Shown: positions 29,034 to 40,075, counted from the stretch's first letter. The stretch is 60,029 nucleotides of DNA from Candidatus Colwellbacteria bacterium (GCA_027448785.1 DAIDMW010000003.1:1-60029), one strand, 5' to 3'. The notes: generated from the sequence alone by a model not told the origin. Numbers and translations: made by a program.

Positions 29034-29046
29034 TTTAGACGAGGAC

Positions 29047-29439
29047 CTAAGCTCCAGTAGTTAAGAATCCGCTAAGAATAGTCTTTAAGCCAGTCGATAG
29101 CAAGGCGATAACGACTGCGATAACGGCGTAAATCAGCTTGTTTTTGGCGCTTTCCGTCTTTTTCGGATCTCCGCCGGCCATCAGATAATCAAAGGCTGCC
29201 CACAGTATAAAAACGCCAACCAGCATCCAGAAAATGTAAAAGACCCAGTTCACGATCAACTGAAGCAGTCCAACGGCTTGGCCGACCGAGGTAATCGGGG
29301 CTGTTCCTTGCACCGAAGAACCGGGAGCGGGAACGGGCGTTATTGGTTGAGCTTGTTGAGCCATAGCAGAGCCCTGCCCCGCAAGAACCATGCCCAACAT
29401 AGCTCCGATCGACGCTAGCATTAATTTTGCTTTTTTCAT
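29047..29439 (-). CDS. Pilin-like protein (TrbC/VirB2-type)
   Basis: Signal peptide, YLMAGGDPKKTESAKNKLIYAVI two-helix motif. Confidence 0.8.
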   Translation of the reverse strand: MKKAKLMLASIGAMLGMVLAGQGSAMAQQAQPITPVPAPGSSVQGTAPITSVGQAVGLLQLIVNWVFYIFWMLVGVFILWAAFDYLMAGGDPKKTESAKNKLIYAVIAVVIALLSTGLKTILSGFLTTGA

Positions 29440-29566
29440 CTTTTATTTCTTCTCAAGTATTTTAAACAGTGCGACCATGCACCCACTTGATTGCTTTTTT
29501 ATAATGGTAGCACCAAAAAAACCGAACGCAAGTGTGGATAAATACGATACTAGCGCTCCCGACTAG

Positions 29567-29648
29567 TGCTCCCGAGAGGAGTCGAACCTCCAACCCTTGC
29601 GGGACATGGTCCTAAGCCATGCGCGTATGCCATTTCCGCCACGGGAGC
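29567..29648 (-). tRNA. tRNA-Leu(UAG)
   Basis: CATGG-CTTAGGA-CCATG, long variable arm. Confidence 0.95.
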
Positions 29649-29753
29649 CGGACACTGTTTAATACTATACTATCTATTGACAAAAATCCAAAAATGTGCT
29701 TTATTTAAAGCAGTTTCTGAAAAGACTGCACCTATACACAGGAGGTTTGAAAT

Positions 29754-30329
29754 ATGAGTCTCTTTTCGTGGGTTGGCAACACCGCCACCAGTGCGCTACT
29801 GGATGCCGGGTTTCTTAAGCTCTACGAGAGGTTCTCGGCGAACGAGGGTATTCGAAAGGGTGTCGCAAACGTTACCAACTGGCTGACAAAAGACAATTCC
29901 CGAGACAAGGTCTGGTCTTTTGTCTTGGTTGACTTGCCAGCAGCGTCAGAAAGCGGGGAAGCCGCTTCGAAGAAAATTGTCGCGAGACAGAAGCTGCGAC
30001 AGCACACGGCAAACAGAACCTACGGGTCCCACTCACCATACCGACATGGGGATGAGGACAAGCTTCTTGAGATCCTGGCCGTTATCTACGCCTCGTGCGC
30101 AGACGAAAAGGGCCAAGTGAAGAAAGAGGAGCTAACCAAAGTCCTGACTGCTCTCGGAAACATGGCCGACGAATCGTTTGATACCGTAATCGAGGGATTT
30201 GACAACGATCGAGCGCTTCAAATGATTCTCCGCGTCTGGAACGAGGCCACCGCTCTTTACCAGCGTTTCAACAAATCTGGTGAGCGCCAGCGCGACCAAC
30301 TTCTCCGACACTGGGATTACCGCATATGA
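29754..30329 (+). CDS. Hypothetical protein
   Basis: 191-aa ORF with AGGAGG SD and TTGACA at 29677. Confidence 0.7.
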   Translation: MSLFSWVGNTATSALLDAGFLKLYERFSANEGIRKGVANVTNWLTKDNSRDKVWSFVLVDLPAASESGEAASKKIVARQKLRQHTANRTYGSHSPYRHGDEDKLLEILAVIYASCADEKGQVKKEELTKVLTALGNMADESFDTVIEGFDNDRALQMILRVWNEATALYQRFNKSGERQRDQLLRHWDYRI

Positions 30330-30340
30330 GGAGGGATACC

Positions 30341-31246
30341 ATGGCTTGGTTAGATATCATTCTGATGTATCTCGTCCGCCCTATACGCAAGGCGGCACTG
30401 ATGCGGGCACGGAAGATCGATTCCAACGTGCCCGTTGCTGAGCAGGCCCTCGGCATATACGTCGCTGCCCTAAAGCGGCTTATGCTGTATGTCGTCCTGT
30501 TCCTCGTCGTTTGGGTGACAGCACTAATGCTGGGAAAGTTACTGCCAATCGAGGCAGCAACAATCCTCTTGGTGTCGTCAACCCTGCTTCTTGGAATGGC
30601 AGCCTGGCCGATAGCGTTCGTGTTCTTTGAGCACGAACACTACCAGAAGATAGCGGCTGCCATAGTCGCAGCTGAACTCGGCGTCGGGCTGGTGGGAATG
30701 TTCATACACATCCCGCTCAACGACGTGGTCGTGCTGCAGGTCACTGGACTATACCTCATCTTCTCGAGTTATCTTGGGAAGGCGAAAGGAATTCGACTCT
30801 GGGGCAACCGTTTTGCAGCGGCGGTTATGACTTTCATAGTCCTAAGCGCCGTCGCTCCGGCCTTTGCTGGAGCGCTCAGGGCCATCCCATCGGCGCTGGA
30901 TAACGCCGCGGCTAGGGTAACAACTAACGCGGTAAGTGCCATAAAAAGCGCGGGCACGGCTGGCAATACGCAGAGCCAGTCTGGAGCGGTAACCATTCAG
31001 GTGGTTATCCCACCCAGTGGGCCTTCGGCGGTTTTCAATCCGCTTACGACAGTCCCTGCGGGCTGGTCGTACCGGATTGACAACGCTCCTATTGGGACCA
31101 TGATCTGCTGGACATCGGGAGCTTCGCCAGTCTCCTACAAGGAGATGGCGGACTATCCGGCCCAGCCCTTCTCGCTCTCGCATGAGGGCGGGGGTATAGC
31201 CACGATATCGTGGCAGCCATACCCGTTCACCTCCACCGGCCAATAG
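30341..31246 (+). CDS. Hypothetical multi-pass membrane protein with a soluble C-terminal domain
   Basis: GAGGAGG upstream of ATG 30341; about 5 TM segments; terminator 31261-31298. Confidence 0.7.
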   Translation: MAWLDIILMYLVRPIRKAALMRARKIDSNVPVAEQALGIYVAALKRLMLYVVLFLVVWVTALMLGKLLPIEAATILLVSSTLLLGMAAWPIAFVFFEHEHYQKIAAAIVAAELGVGLVGMFIHIPLNDVVVLQVTGLYLIFSSYLGKAKGIRLWGNRFAAAVMTFIVLSAVAPAFAGALRAIPSALDNAAARVTTNAVSAIKSAGTAGNTQSQSGAVTIQVVIPPSGPSAVFNPLTTVPAGWSYRIDNAPIGTMICWTSGASPVSYKEMADYPAQPFSLSHEGGGIATISWQPYPFTSTGQ

Positions 31247-31371
31247 CCGAACTGCACCTCAAACCCCGCGGACAAGCGATTGTCAGCGGGGTTTTTTCTT
31301 CTTTTAGAAAACATCCCGTAATTGCGGCTATGTTTAAGCAGCCAACTTGGGGGACGTCCGCCGTATCTTTA

Positions 31372-31917
31372 TCAAATAATTCGTCCCGAATAAATCTTCG
31401 CAGCCGCAATATTAACAGCTCCGGTGGTCGTTGAAGACGGAACGGACTGTAGGAAATTTTGAATTATATAAACTATACCCTGGCCGATGAGGATTATTAT
31501 CGTCCCGATCACCGCGTATAAAAGCGCTTGTTTGGCTTTTTCTATATTTTTAGGATTACCTCCGGCAGTCAAAAACATGAACGCGGCCCAGATTACAACC
31601 AGCGCTATAAGCGGAGGCGCAACGTCAACCGTCAAAAAGTTGATCACCGCCTTCAACAAATCCATCGCGTTACTTGGCAGATTCTTTCCCCCGAGGGACG
31701 GAGGGTTTATCTTGATCGTGCCGCCGCTGCCTGGAGAAACCTGAGAGCCGGACGCCCCTCCGCCTGGGGATGTTTGAGAATTAGAAGCCCCTCCTCCAAT
31801 ACTGTTACCCGGACCAGTTTGACTAGCTAATGCTCGCCCGCTTATTGCAATTACGATAAAAGGAACAACAAGACCTAATATAAGCAAAGCCTTTCTTCTT
31901 TTTAAAAAAAGTTTCAT
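31372..31917 (-). CDS. Pilin-like protein with a Gly/Ser repeat linker
   Basis: FLTAGGNPKNIEKAKQALLYAVIG motif. Confidence 0.8.
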   Translation of the reverse strand: MKLFLKRRKALLILGLVVPFIVIAISGRALASQTGPGNSIGGGASNSQTSPGGGASGSQVSPGSGGTIKINPPSLGGKNLPSNAMDLLKAVINFLTVDVAPPLIALVVIWAAFMFLTAGGNPKNIEKAKQALLYAVIGTIIILIGQGIVYIIQNFLQSVPSSTTTGAVNIAAAKIYSGRII

Positions 31918-31935
31918 TTTTTTATTTTAGCATTT

Positions 31936-32235
31936 TCATCCGCCAAGAGCGCTTTTGATTAGATTTACTATCGCTAGCGCTCCAAACACGATAACGACCC
32001 CTACCACTGCCGCGGTAATGATATTCCTACCCTGAGATATTTTTTTTGCGTCACCGCCCGACGTTAAAAGAATAAACCCGCCATAAATAATCATCACCGC
32101 CGCCAAAGGTATGGCGATAGTCAACATGAAGTTCAAAATATTTGATATCAAAGTATTAAAGTCTCCCCATCCGCAGTGGAAAGGATCGTTGACGCAACTC
32201 TGTGGAACGATTTGAGCCAGCAGGCTTTTATTCAT
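31936..32235 (-). CDS. Pilin-like protein
   Basis: LLTSGGDAKKISQGRNIITAAVVG motif; Cys pair CVNDPFHC. Confidence 0.8.
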   Translation of the reverse strand: MNKSLLAQIVPQSCVNDPFHCGWGDFNTLISNILNFMLTIAIPLAAVMIIYGGFILLTSGGDAKKISQGRNIITAAVVGVVIVFGALAIVNLIKSALGG

Positions 32236-32239
32236 TAAT

Positions 32240-33523
32240 TTATTGGATGGGCATCAACGCCGTTACCGCTGATTCCGCCTGACTAATGGCGTTGTAAACG
32301 CTCGTTTGGCCGCTCGTTACAGATTTTATCATCGTATCGAAGATTCCGCTAACGGCGGCCGGATTGGGCTGCGTCCAATCTCTTGCGGTCAAGGCCTGCG
32401 AGGCGAACACCCCCATCGGCGAGGCGGGGCTGGTCGAATCCTGGGCGATGAGCGTGCGCAAGGCCGGCGGGAGGGAGGTGGCGGCCGAGTAGTTTTGGGC
32501 GCTGATCGCATCGGTCGCGGCAAAATAGGCGAAGTTCCAGGCCATCTGCGGATCGATCGCCGTTCGCGTAACCGCGATTCCCCAGTAGTTGGGGAAGTTC
32601 ACGGCGTTGGTCGGATCGACCTGCGGCACCGGAGCCACGCCGACGTTCAAGTTCGGAGCGGCGGTCTCGGTGCCGGCCAAGTCGGCGGCATAGCCAATGA
32701 TCATCCCGACATTCCCGTTTTCAAAATTGCTCAAATCGTTTCCCAAGGAATCATTCCAGGTATAGTACCCGCTGCCAGGCGTGGCGAACTGCGTATAAAG
32801 TGTTACCGCCTGATTGCCGCCGGCGGTTGAAAAATCGGCGGAACCACCGTTAATCATCGGCGCGCCATACTGCATCATAAGCAAGCTGACGATGTCGGCG
32901 GCGTCAGGAATGCTTGCGCTCGTTCCGCCCAGAGCCGTTCCCGCTCTCACGATGCCCCTAGCTCCCAGGATGCGCATCCGCAAAGCATCCGACGTGAAAG
33001 CCGACCAGGTTTTCGGGGGCAGGGCGATGCCAGCCTGGTTAAAAAGGCTGCGATTATAAATCAAAGCCAGGGTATCCATCGAAAGCGGCAGCGCGTAAAC
33101 CTTACTGTTGCTCACAAAATCATTGACCGCCGCTTGCGGAAAAAGATTCAACATCTGCGCCGAGGTGATTAACGTCGACGGAGCGGGCGTCAGTATCGGC
33201 TGACGCTGATAGAGCCACTTGTTGTCGATGACTGCAATGTCCGGCCCTGTACCGGCCGCCAGGGCGTTAATAAGATTGGTTTGATAATTGCTCTCCGCAA
33301 CCTGGATATAATTAATCTTCACGCCCGGATGCAGCTTGGTGAAGGCGGAGATGGTCGGTGCCCAATCCGAAGATGGGTCAATTCCCCAAAACGTCAGCGT
33401 TTCGGTTTTTCCGCTTTGGCGCAACCCGGGAAGTATTCCCAAAAAAACCAAGAGAAAAAACAAGATAACGAAGCCGACAACTCCGAGAATGATAAGCTGC
33501 TGTTTTGTGAACTGCGTGGGCAT
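32240..33523 (-). CDS. Extracellular solute-binding protein, family 1 (sugar ABC type), membrane-anchored
   Basis: LTFWG, GTGPDI, YALPLSMDTLALIYN, FENGNVGM. Confidence 0.88.
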   Translation of the reverse strand: MPTQFTKQQLIILGVVGFVILFFLLVFLGILPGLRQSGKTETLTFWGIDPSSDWAPTISAFTKLHPGVKINYIQVAESNYQTNLINALAAGTGPDIAVIDNKWLYQRQPILTPAPSTLITSAQMLNLFPQAAVNDFVSNSKVYALPLSMDTLALIYNRSLFNQAGIALPPKTWSAFTSDALRMRILGARGIVRAGTALGGTSASIPDAADIVSLLMMQYGAPMINGGSADFSTAGGNQAVTLYTQFATPGSGYYTWNDSLGNDLSNFENGNVGMIIGYAADLAGTETAAPNLNVGVAPVPQVDPTNAVNFPNYWGIAVTRTAIDPQMAWNFAYFAATDAISAQNYSAATSLPPALRTLIAQDSTSPASPMGVFASQALTARDWTQPNPAAVSGIFDTMIKSVTSGQTSVYNAISQAESAVTALMPIQ

Positions 33524-33610
33524 ATGGGTAATATTAGAACAAAATTCGCGAAGCGTTAAATTAAATACGGTGGCGTTTGCACTTTATCACCATCTTTATT
33601 CCTGTCGGCA

Positions 33611-33710
33611 TTTTGCCTTTTGCGCTTTTTAATCCCAAATTCGAAACACGTTTATATTTAGGGTTTGATATTTCGTATTTCGAATTTGGGATTTTCTATT
33701 ATTTTACGCT
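33611..33710. repeat. Heptamer hairpin repeat, mostly family B
   Basis: AATCCCAAATTCGAAA pairs with TTTCGAATTTGGGATT. Confidence 0.75.
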
Positions 33711-36146
33711 TTATAAGAGCGCTGTTCCCGCGATACTATCCCCCTCTTCCACGCGCATAATGCGCACGCCTTGGGCGGAGCGCCCGGTCATGCGTATGCT
33801 CTTTAAATCGGTACGGATAATCTGCCCCTTTTCCGAGATGGCCAGAAGCTCTTTCTCGTCCACCACGACGTGGGAAGAAACTACCGCTCCGGTCTTGGGA
33901 GTAACTTTTGCTGTGAGTATTCCTTTGCCGCCGCGGGTCTGCAGGCGATACTCCGAGATCGGAGTAAACTTGGCGAATCCGTTAGCCATTACCACCAGGA
34001 AGTTGCCGTCCTTGTTTTCCGAGGTGATGACGTCGCAGGAGCTGACGCGGTCTCCCGCTTTTAAGCTCATGCCGCGCACGCCGGCGGCGGCACGCCCCAT
34101 CGGCCTGACGTCTTTCTCTTTAAAGCGAATCGCTTGCCCTTGGTTGGTAGTCAGAATCAACTCGTCTCCCGTCTTGGTCAACTTAACCCAGCTTAATTCG
34201 TCGCCTTTCTTCAAATTAATGGCAATGATTCCGCTTTTACGGACGTTGCTAAAATCTTCTAAAGGGGTCTTCTTCACGACGCCGGCGGCCGTGACCATAG
34301 TCAGAAATCCGTCGTTTTTTTTGCGCTCGTTTCCGTAAGCGATAATGGCGCTGACTTTCTCGCTGGAGGGTATCTCCAGGAAGTTGTGGATTGCCTTCCC
34401 CTTGCTGGTGCGGCTCGAGACCGGCACCTCGTAAACCTTGGTTTGGAAGACCTTCCCGCCCGAAGCGAAGAAAAGGATATTGTCGTGAGTGTTGGCCATA
34501 AGGAAGTGCGCCAGCTCGTCGCTCTCGTCGAATGATCCGCCAGTAATCCCTTTTCCACCCCTCTTCTGCGCCTTAAAGGTGTTCGGCGGCAGGCGCTTGA
34601 TGTAACCATCGCGCGACATCGTGATAATCGTCTCCTCCTGTGGCACCAGGTCCTCGACGGTGAACTCCTTCAGTCCGCCTTCTATTACCTTGGTTCTGCG
34701 CTCATCGCCGAACTTTTCCCGTATCTCTTTCATCTCGTCCTCGATCACCCCGTCGATTTTTTCCGGGCTGCGCAGCAAAAGCTCCAGCTCCTTAATGAGC
34801 TTCAACTTCTCTTTAAGCTCATCCTCGATCTTCTGCCTTTCCAAGGCCGCCAAAGTCTGCAGCCGCATCTCGAGGATGGCGGTAGCCTGCAGATCGCTCA
34901 AGTCGAACTTCTTCACCAAGTTGTTGTGCGCATCCTCCTTGTCCTCCGATTTCTTGATCGTCTCGATGATCTTGTCGATGACCGAGAGCGCCTTGGCTAG
35001 ACCCTCCAAAATGTGGGCGCGGGCCTTGGCCTGCTTTAAATCAAATTCGGCGCGACGGCGCACCACCACGCGGCGATGGGAGATAAAAACTTCAAGCGCG
35101 TCCTTCACCGACATAATCTGCGGGCGCAATCCGTCGATCAGCGCCAAAAAATTCATATGGAAATCCTTCTGCAAATCGGTATAGTTCCAAAGCTGGTTTA
35201 AAACTTTCTGCGGAATAGCGTCGCTTTTCAAGTCGATGGCGATCCTCAGACCATCCTTATCTGATTCGTCGCGCAAATCCTTAATACCCTCGAGCCGCTT
35301 GTCCTGCACCAGCTCGGCGATTTTGGTAATCAACTCCGCCTTGTTAACCTGATAGGGAATTTCGGTGATGACAATCTTCTTCTCGTCCACCTCGGCCAAA
35401 GCGCGAACCGTTATCGCGCCGCGCCCGGTGGCGTAAGCCTCGTTGATCTTGGCATGATCATAAATTACCCCGCCGGTCGGAAAGTCCGGCCCTTTGATGA
35501 ACTTCATCAACTCCTCGGAAGTAGCATCGGGATGCTTAATAAGGTAGGCCGCCGCTTCCAAAACCTCGCCGAGGTTGTGCGGCGGAATGCGGGTAGCCAT
35601 TCCGACTGCAATGCCGTCCGAGCCGTTGATCAGCAGATTAGGGATCTTGGCCGGCAGCACCACTGGCTCGTCGCGCGTCCCGTCGTAGTTCGGCATGAAG
35701 TCGACGGTCTCTTTTTCAATATCGGTCAGAAGCTCTTCGGCGATCTTTGAGAGCCGGCACTCGGTGTAGCGCATCGCGGCCTGCGAATCGCCGTCGATAG
35801 AACCCCAGTTGCCCTGGCCGTTGATGAGCGGGTACCTCAAGCTAAAGTCCTGCGCCATGCGCGCCAAAGAGTCGTAAACCGCCATGTCGCCGTGTGGGTG
35901 GTACCTGCCTAAGACCGAACCGACGACGTTCGCCGATTTGCGGAATTTGGCGCTGTGCGTCAGACCGTCATCCCACATCGCCCACATTATGCGGCGGTGT
36001 ACCGGTTTCATCCCGTCCCTAGCGTCGGGCAGGGCGCGGCCGACGATGACCGACATTGCATAATCCAAATAAGACTCGCGCAGCTCGGCGGTGATCTCCC
36101 TTTCCTTTATATTCTCGCCCTTGGCGTTGAGTTTTTCCTCGTCCAT
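33711..36146 (-). CDS. gyrA: DNA gyrase subunit A
   Basis: YHPHGD, AAMRYTE, GyrA-box QKRGGKG. Confidence 0.98.
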   Translation of the reverse strand: MDEEKLNAKGENIKEREITAELRESYLDYAMSVIVGRALPDARDGMKPVHRRIMWAMWDDGLTHSAKFRKSANVVGSVLGRYHPHGDMAVYDSLARMAQDFSLRYPLINGQGNWGSIDGDSQAAMRYTECRLSKIAEELLTDIEKETVDFMPNYDGTRDEPVVLPAKIPNLLINGSDGIAVGMATRIPPHNLGEVLEAAAYLIKHPDATSEELMKFIKGPDFPTGGVIYDHAKINEAYATGRGAITVRALAEVDEKKIVITEIPYQVNKAELITKIAELVQDKRLEGIKDLRDESDKDGLRIAIDLKSDAIPQKVLNQLWNYTDLQKDFHMNFLALIDGLRPQIMSVKDALEVFISHRRVVVRRRAEFDLKQAKARAHILEGLAKALSVIDKIIETIKKSEDKEDAHNNLVKKFDLSDLQATAILEMRLQTLAALERQKIEDELKEKLKLIKELELLLRSPEKIDGVIEDEMKEIREKFGDERRTKVIEGGLKEFTVEDLVPQEETIITMSRDGYIKRLPPNTFKAQKRGGKGITGGSFDESDELAHFLMANTHDNILFFASGGKVFQTKVYEVPVSSRTSKGKAIHNFLEIPSSEKVSAIIAYGNERKKNDGFLTMVTAAGVVKKTPLEDFSNVRKSGIIAINLKKGDELSWVKLTKTGDELILTTNQGQAIRFKEKDVRPMGRAAAGVRGMSLKAGDRVSSCDVITSENKDGNFLVVMANGFAKFTPISEYRLQTRGGKGILTAKVTPKTGAVVSSHVVVDEKELLAISEKGQIIRTDLKSIRMTGRSAQGVRIMRVEEGDSIAGTALL

Positions 36147-36163
36147 AATACTTTAATTAGTGA

Positions 36164-36721
36164 TTAAGCGGCCTGCATGATGAGAAGCCTCAAAGCGCTC
36201 TCGCTTAAGTCTTTGCGCTTGGCCGTGAACTTCTCAACCATTTCCGGGGTTTTCCCGAGCGCCGCGGCTAGCGCCTTGCTGTCCTTGCAGGCGGTGAAGA
36301 TTGCGACTTTTGGCTCCATCTCCTTGATAAGCGCCGCTGCTTTCTTTTCATCTAAGCCGTGCTCGCCGGTTGATAGGAATAAGACGTCGATCTCGCCCAG
36401 CCGATCCATCGTCTCACTGGAAAGCGCGGAAGAAAGCTCGCCCAAGAAACACAGCGACATCTCGTCCAGTTTAGCCACGTAAACCGTGCGGATTTCCTTC
36501 TCCGAGGACTCCTCTTTTATTTGGACCCCACGGATGCGCACACCGCTGATCTCGTATTCGCCGGCAGTGTTAATAGTTTCGTCCGCCGTGAGCGGAAGAG
36601 GCAGGACTACGTGCGTATATAAGGTAATATCGCCGCGGGCCGAGATCGGTGGATCAATGAGAAGCGCGAAATCGGAAACCTGGCATTTTAACCCGCCATT
36701 TTTCAAAGGGGTGACAACCAT
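36164..36721 (-). CDS. MBL-fold protein (Lactamase_B_3-like), metal motif apparently degenerate
   Basis: LLIDP, GEYEISGV, GEIDVLF; no HxHxDH visible. Confidence 0.65.
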   Translation of the reverse strand: MVVTPLKNGGLKCQVSDFALLIDPPISARGDITLYTHVVLPLPLTADETINTAGEYEISGVRIRGVQIKEESSEKEIRTVYVAKLDEMSLCFLGELSSALSSETMDRLGEIDVLFLSTGEHGLDEKKAAALIKEMEPKVAIFTACKDSKALAAALGKTPEMVEKFTAKRKDLSESALRLLIMQAA

Positions 36722-36782
36722 ACCTATTTAGTATAATTCGGAAACAGTTGATTTTCAACCGCGTTTATATATAATGAGGGCC

Positions 36783-37883
36783 ATGCAACAAACGGTTTCC
36801 CCCAAAAAATCCGAGACTTACGAGCTTAAGCTATTGAAGTCCGAGCCCGGCCTGATGCCGCTTTTAAAGGTTGGCGATATTGTCGAGGCGAGGCTCATCG
36901 AGAAATCCGGACGCGGCGGAGTTTATTTCGACATCCCACGGGTAGGCCTGGGAGTCATCTATGGCTCCGAGCTTTCCAACTCTAGGGAAATCGTCAAAAA
37001 ATTGAATGTGGGGGATACTGTCAGCGCAAAAGTTGCCGTGCGCGAGAACGCCGAAGGAATGGTCGAGCTGTCTCTGTCCGAAGCCACCAAGCAGAAGGCT
37101 TGGCAGGAGATCAAAGACCTGCGCGAGGAAGGCAAACCTACCAAGGTTAAGATTGTGGCCGCCAACAGCGGCGGATTGATCGCCGACCTTCTGGGTGTTC
37201 AGGCCTTTCTGCCTGCTTCACAGCTTTCTCCGGAACACTACCCTCAGGAGGTCGAGGGGAATAAGACTAAGATCCTCGAGGCCTTGAAACAGTTCGTCGG
37301 CCAGGAACTGACGGTCAAAGTCATCAATTTTACGCCGCGAACCAACAAGCTTATCATCTCGGAAAGAGAAGTTTTGTCAGAGGGAGCTAAAGAGGCGCTC
37401 GCCAAGTATAAGCCGGGCGACGTCGTAAACTGCATCGTTTCTGGCGTGGCTAACTTCGGGGCCTTCGTCAGGTTTGCCGACGACCCGAGCATCGAGGGAT
37501 TGATTTACATTAGCGAATTGAGTCACAGCATCATCGACAATCCGAAAGAGGTGGTGAAAGTCGGCGACATGGTCAAAGCAAGCATCCTGGAGATAAAGGA
37601 TGGACGCGTTTCCCTGTCAATCAAAAGCCTGGAAGAGAATCCTTGGGAAAAAGTTGGAGAAAAGTTCAAGGAGGGCGGTATCGTCCCTGGAACCGTCTAT
37701 CGCATCACTCCCTTCGGAGCTTTCGTCAAGCTGGACCAACAAATCTCCGGGTTGATCCACGTCTCCGAGTTCGGCAGCCTCGAAGAGCTGAAGAAGAACC
37801 TGGAACTCAATCAGAGCTACCAATTCTTCATCGCCTCGGTCAAGCCGGACGTCAAGCGAATCATCTTGAAGCTGGCGAAGTAG
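36783..37883 (+). CDS. rpsA: S1-domain protein (short ribosomal protein S1)
   Basis: Four S1 repeats (NSGGL, AFLPASQL, FGAFV, GLIHVSE); start set at MQQTV. Confidence 0.8.
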   Translation: MQQTVSPKKSETYELKLLKSEPGLMPLLKVGDIVEARLIEKSGRGGVYFDIPRVGLGVIYGSELSNSREIVKKLNVGDTVSAKVAVRENAEGMVELSLSEATKQKAWQEIKDLREEGKPTKVKIVAANSGGLIADLLGVQAFLPASQLSPEHYPQEVEGNKTKILEALKQFVGQELTVKVINFTPRTNKLIISEREVLSEGAKEALAKYKPGDVVNCIVSGVANFGAFVRFADDPSIEGLIYISELSHSIIDNPKEVVKVGDMVKASILEIKDGRVSLSIKSLEENPWEKVGEKFKEGGIVPGTVYRITPFGAFVKLDQQISGLIHVSEFGSLEELKKNLELNQSYQFFIASVKPDVKRIILKLAK

Positions 37884-37890
37884 TACGAAT

Positions 37891-37965
37891 AAGCGCAAAG
37901 GGTAAAAGAAATACGTTGTTATTTTACCCTTTGCGTTTTTATTTTTTTGCTTGCTTCTGCGCTTT
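37891..37965. repeat. Heptamer hairpin repeat, family A (short)
   Basis: AAGCGCAAAGGGTAAAA pairs with TTTTACCCTTTGCGTTT. Confidence 0.75.
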
Positions 37966-38016
37966 ATTGCAATCTACGAGCCGAAACATTATGTTAAATA
38001 CGAATAAGTAATATAT

Positions 38017-39849
38017 ATGAAGGGATTAACAAAAAACATCTTAATAACGCTTCTCTTGATTTTGAGCTTCGCGCTGGCGGCCTCGTTTATCTACCAGGCG
38101 CAAACTCAACCGAAAAACATCAGCCTTTCTGATCTAGCGAGCCAGATCACGAACGGCCAGATCAAGAAGATCGACATAAGCGGCAACAGTCTCACCGTTA
38201 CCGGGACTAACGGGCAGATTTATCAGGGAGAAAAAGAGGCGGAGTCGGGATTAGTGGAAACGATGAAAAACTACGGCGTGACTCCGGAAGAATTAGCCAA
38301 GGTGAACCTTACCGTCTCTCCCTCCAGCTCCTCCAGCTTCTGGCTGACCGTTGTCCTGCCTAATCTGCTTTTTATCCTCCTTATCGGTTTCGCTTTTTAT
38401 TATTTCATGCGCCAGGCCCGGCAGGGAGTGAACCAGGCCTTTAACTTCGGCCGCGCCAACTTGCGCCTCTTCGCTAGTTTTAAAGATAAGATAACCTTCG
38501 CCGACGTAGCCGGCCTTAAAGAGGTCAAGGAGGAGATGCACGAGGTCGTCGATTTTTTGAAGAGTCCGAAAAAATATTTGGATATGGGCGCGAAAATCCC
38601 GCGCGGCGTTCTTTTGATCGGTCCTCCCGGTTCTGGAAAAACCCTTCTGGCTCGCGCGGTTGCCGGAGAAGCGAACGTCCCGTTCTTCCACATTTCCGCC
38701 TCGGAATTCGTGGAGATGTTCGTCGGAGTTGGCGCAGCGAGAACGCGCGACGCTTTCGCCACCGCGAAACGCTCGGCGCCGTCGATACTGTTTATCGACG
38801 AAATTGACGCCGTCGGACGCGAGCGAGGAGCCGGCGTCGGCGGAGGGCACGACGAGAGAGAGCAGACCTTAAACCAGATACTAGTGGAGATGGACGGCTT
38901 CGACCGCAATACGCAGGTTATTGTTTTGGCCGCCACCAACCGTCCCGACATTCTTGACCCAGCCTTACTTCGTCCTGGAAGATTCGACCGCCGCATCATG
39001 CTCGATTTTCCCGACATCAGCGAGCGTGAATCGATACTGAAGCTGCATGCCAAGGACAAGCCGCTGGATTCCGGCGTCGATTTTCGCAAGGTGGCCACCC
39101 GCACGCCCGGATTTTCCGGAGCCGACTTAGCCAACTTAGTAAACGAAGCGGCGATTCTCGCCGTGCAGGAGGGGCAGCAAAAAATAAGCCAGCAGAACCT
39201 CTACGACTCGATCGAAAAAATATTACTAGGGCCAGCGCGCAAGAGTCGCGTTGTCTCGGAAAAAGAGCGGGAGATTACAGCCTATCACGAGGCGGGGCAC
39301 GCGCTGGTCGCAGCCGGACTGAGAGACTCCGATCCGGTGCATAAGGTTTCCATCGTCTCGCGCGGCATCGCCGGCGGATATACATTAAAGCTGCCGACCG
39401 AGGAACATCATCTCACAACTCGCGCGCAGTTCTTGTCCGATCTGGCCGTCATGCTTGGCGGATATTCGGCTGAAGAAAAAACTTTCGGCGACATCACCAC
39501 CGGAGCTAGTAGCGACTTAAAAGAAGCTTCGAGCTTGGCGCGGATGATCGTAACCAGGTTCGGCATGAGCGAACTTGGGCCGATCACTTTCGGCAAGACT
39601 GAAGAACTGCTCTTTTTAGGCAAGGAGATCACCACCGAGAAGAACTACTCGGAAGCCACCGCAGTCAAAATAGACGAAGAGGTAGCCAGCTTAATAAACC
39701 GCGCTCACCAAACCGCAAAGAAGGTAATCTCCTCCTACCAGGATGTTTTAAAGAAAGTGGCTGACGCTTTAATGGAGAAAGAGACTCTGGAAGGCGAGGA
39801 GTTCTACGAGTTGATCAAGGAGTTTAACATCAAGCCGATAGAGGCCTAG
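38017..39849 (+). CDS. ftsH: ATP-dependent zinc metalloprotease FtsH
   Basis: Two TMs, [23 protein letters not shown]. Confidence 0.98.
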   Translation: MKGLTKNILITLLLILSFALAASFIYQAQTQPKNISLSDLASQITNGQIKKIDISGNSLTVTGTNGQIYQGEKEAESGLVETMKNYGVTPEELAKVNLTVSPSSSSSFWLTVVLPNLLFILLIGFAFYYFMRQARQGVNQAFNFGRANLRLFASFKDKITFADVAGLKEVKEEMHEVVDFLKSPKKYLDMGAKIPRGVLLIGPPGSGKTLLARAVAGEANVPFFHISASEFVEMFVGVGAARTRDAFATAKRSAPSILFIDEIDAVGRERGAGVGGGHDEREQTLNQILVEMDGFDRNTQVIVLAATNRPDILDPALLRPGRFDRRIMLDFPDISERESILKLHAKDKPLDSGVDFRKVATRTPGFSGADLANLVNEAAILAVQEGQQKISQQNLYDSIEKILLGPARKSRVVSEKEREITAYHEAGHALVAAGLRDSDPVHKVSIVSRGIAGGYTLKLPTEEHHLTTRAQFLSDLAVMLGGYSAEEKTFGDITTGASSDLKEASSLARMIVTRFGMSELGPITFGKTEELLFLGKEITTEKNYSEATAVKIDEEVASLINRAHQTAKKVISSYQDVLKKVADALMEKETLEGEEFYELIKEFNIKPIEA

Positions 39850-39850
39850 G

Positions 39851-39930
39851 AAAGCGCAAAGCGAAAAGCTAAAAGAGAAAAACAGCGACTAGGTAAGCAC
39901 AAAGATAAAAGCGCAAAGTTCAAAATAAAA
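39851..39930. repeat. Heptamer repeat, family A, left arms only
   Basis: CTAGGAAAGCGCAAAGCGAAAAGCTAAAAG... Confidence 0.75.
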
Positions 39931-40075
39931 TACGGGCTGGCCAGAACAATGGCCGGCCTTGATTTTATTTTTATCCGCGATACCTACCGCTCGTGCGGCA
40001 ACAGGAGATGAGAATATTTCGGGGCGGTTTTGCACTTTTCCAGTTTTCTCCTAATATATTGGAAGCCGGCTTCCC

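Noticed and set aside
29555-29575. att duplication of the tRNA-Leu 3' end (GCTCCCGA twice)
   Set aside because: Only 8 bp, and the copies are 5 bp apart with no cargo between them.
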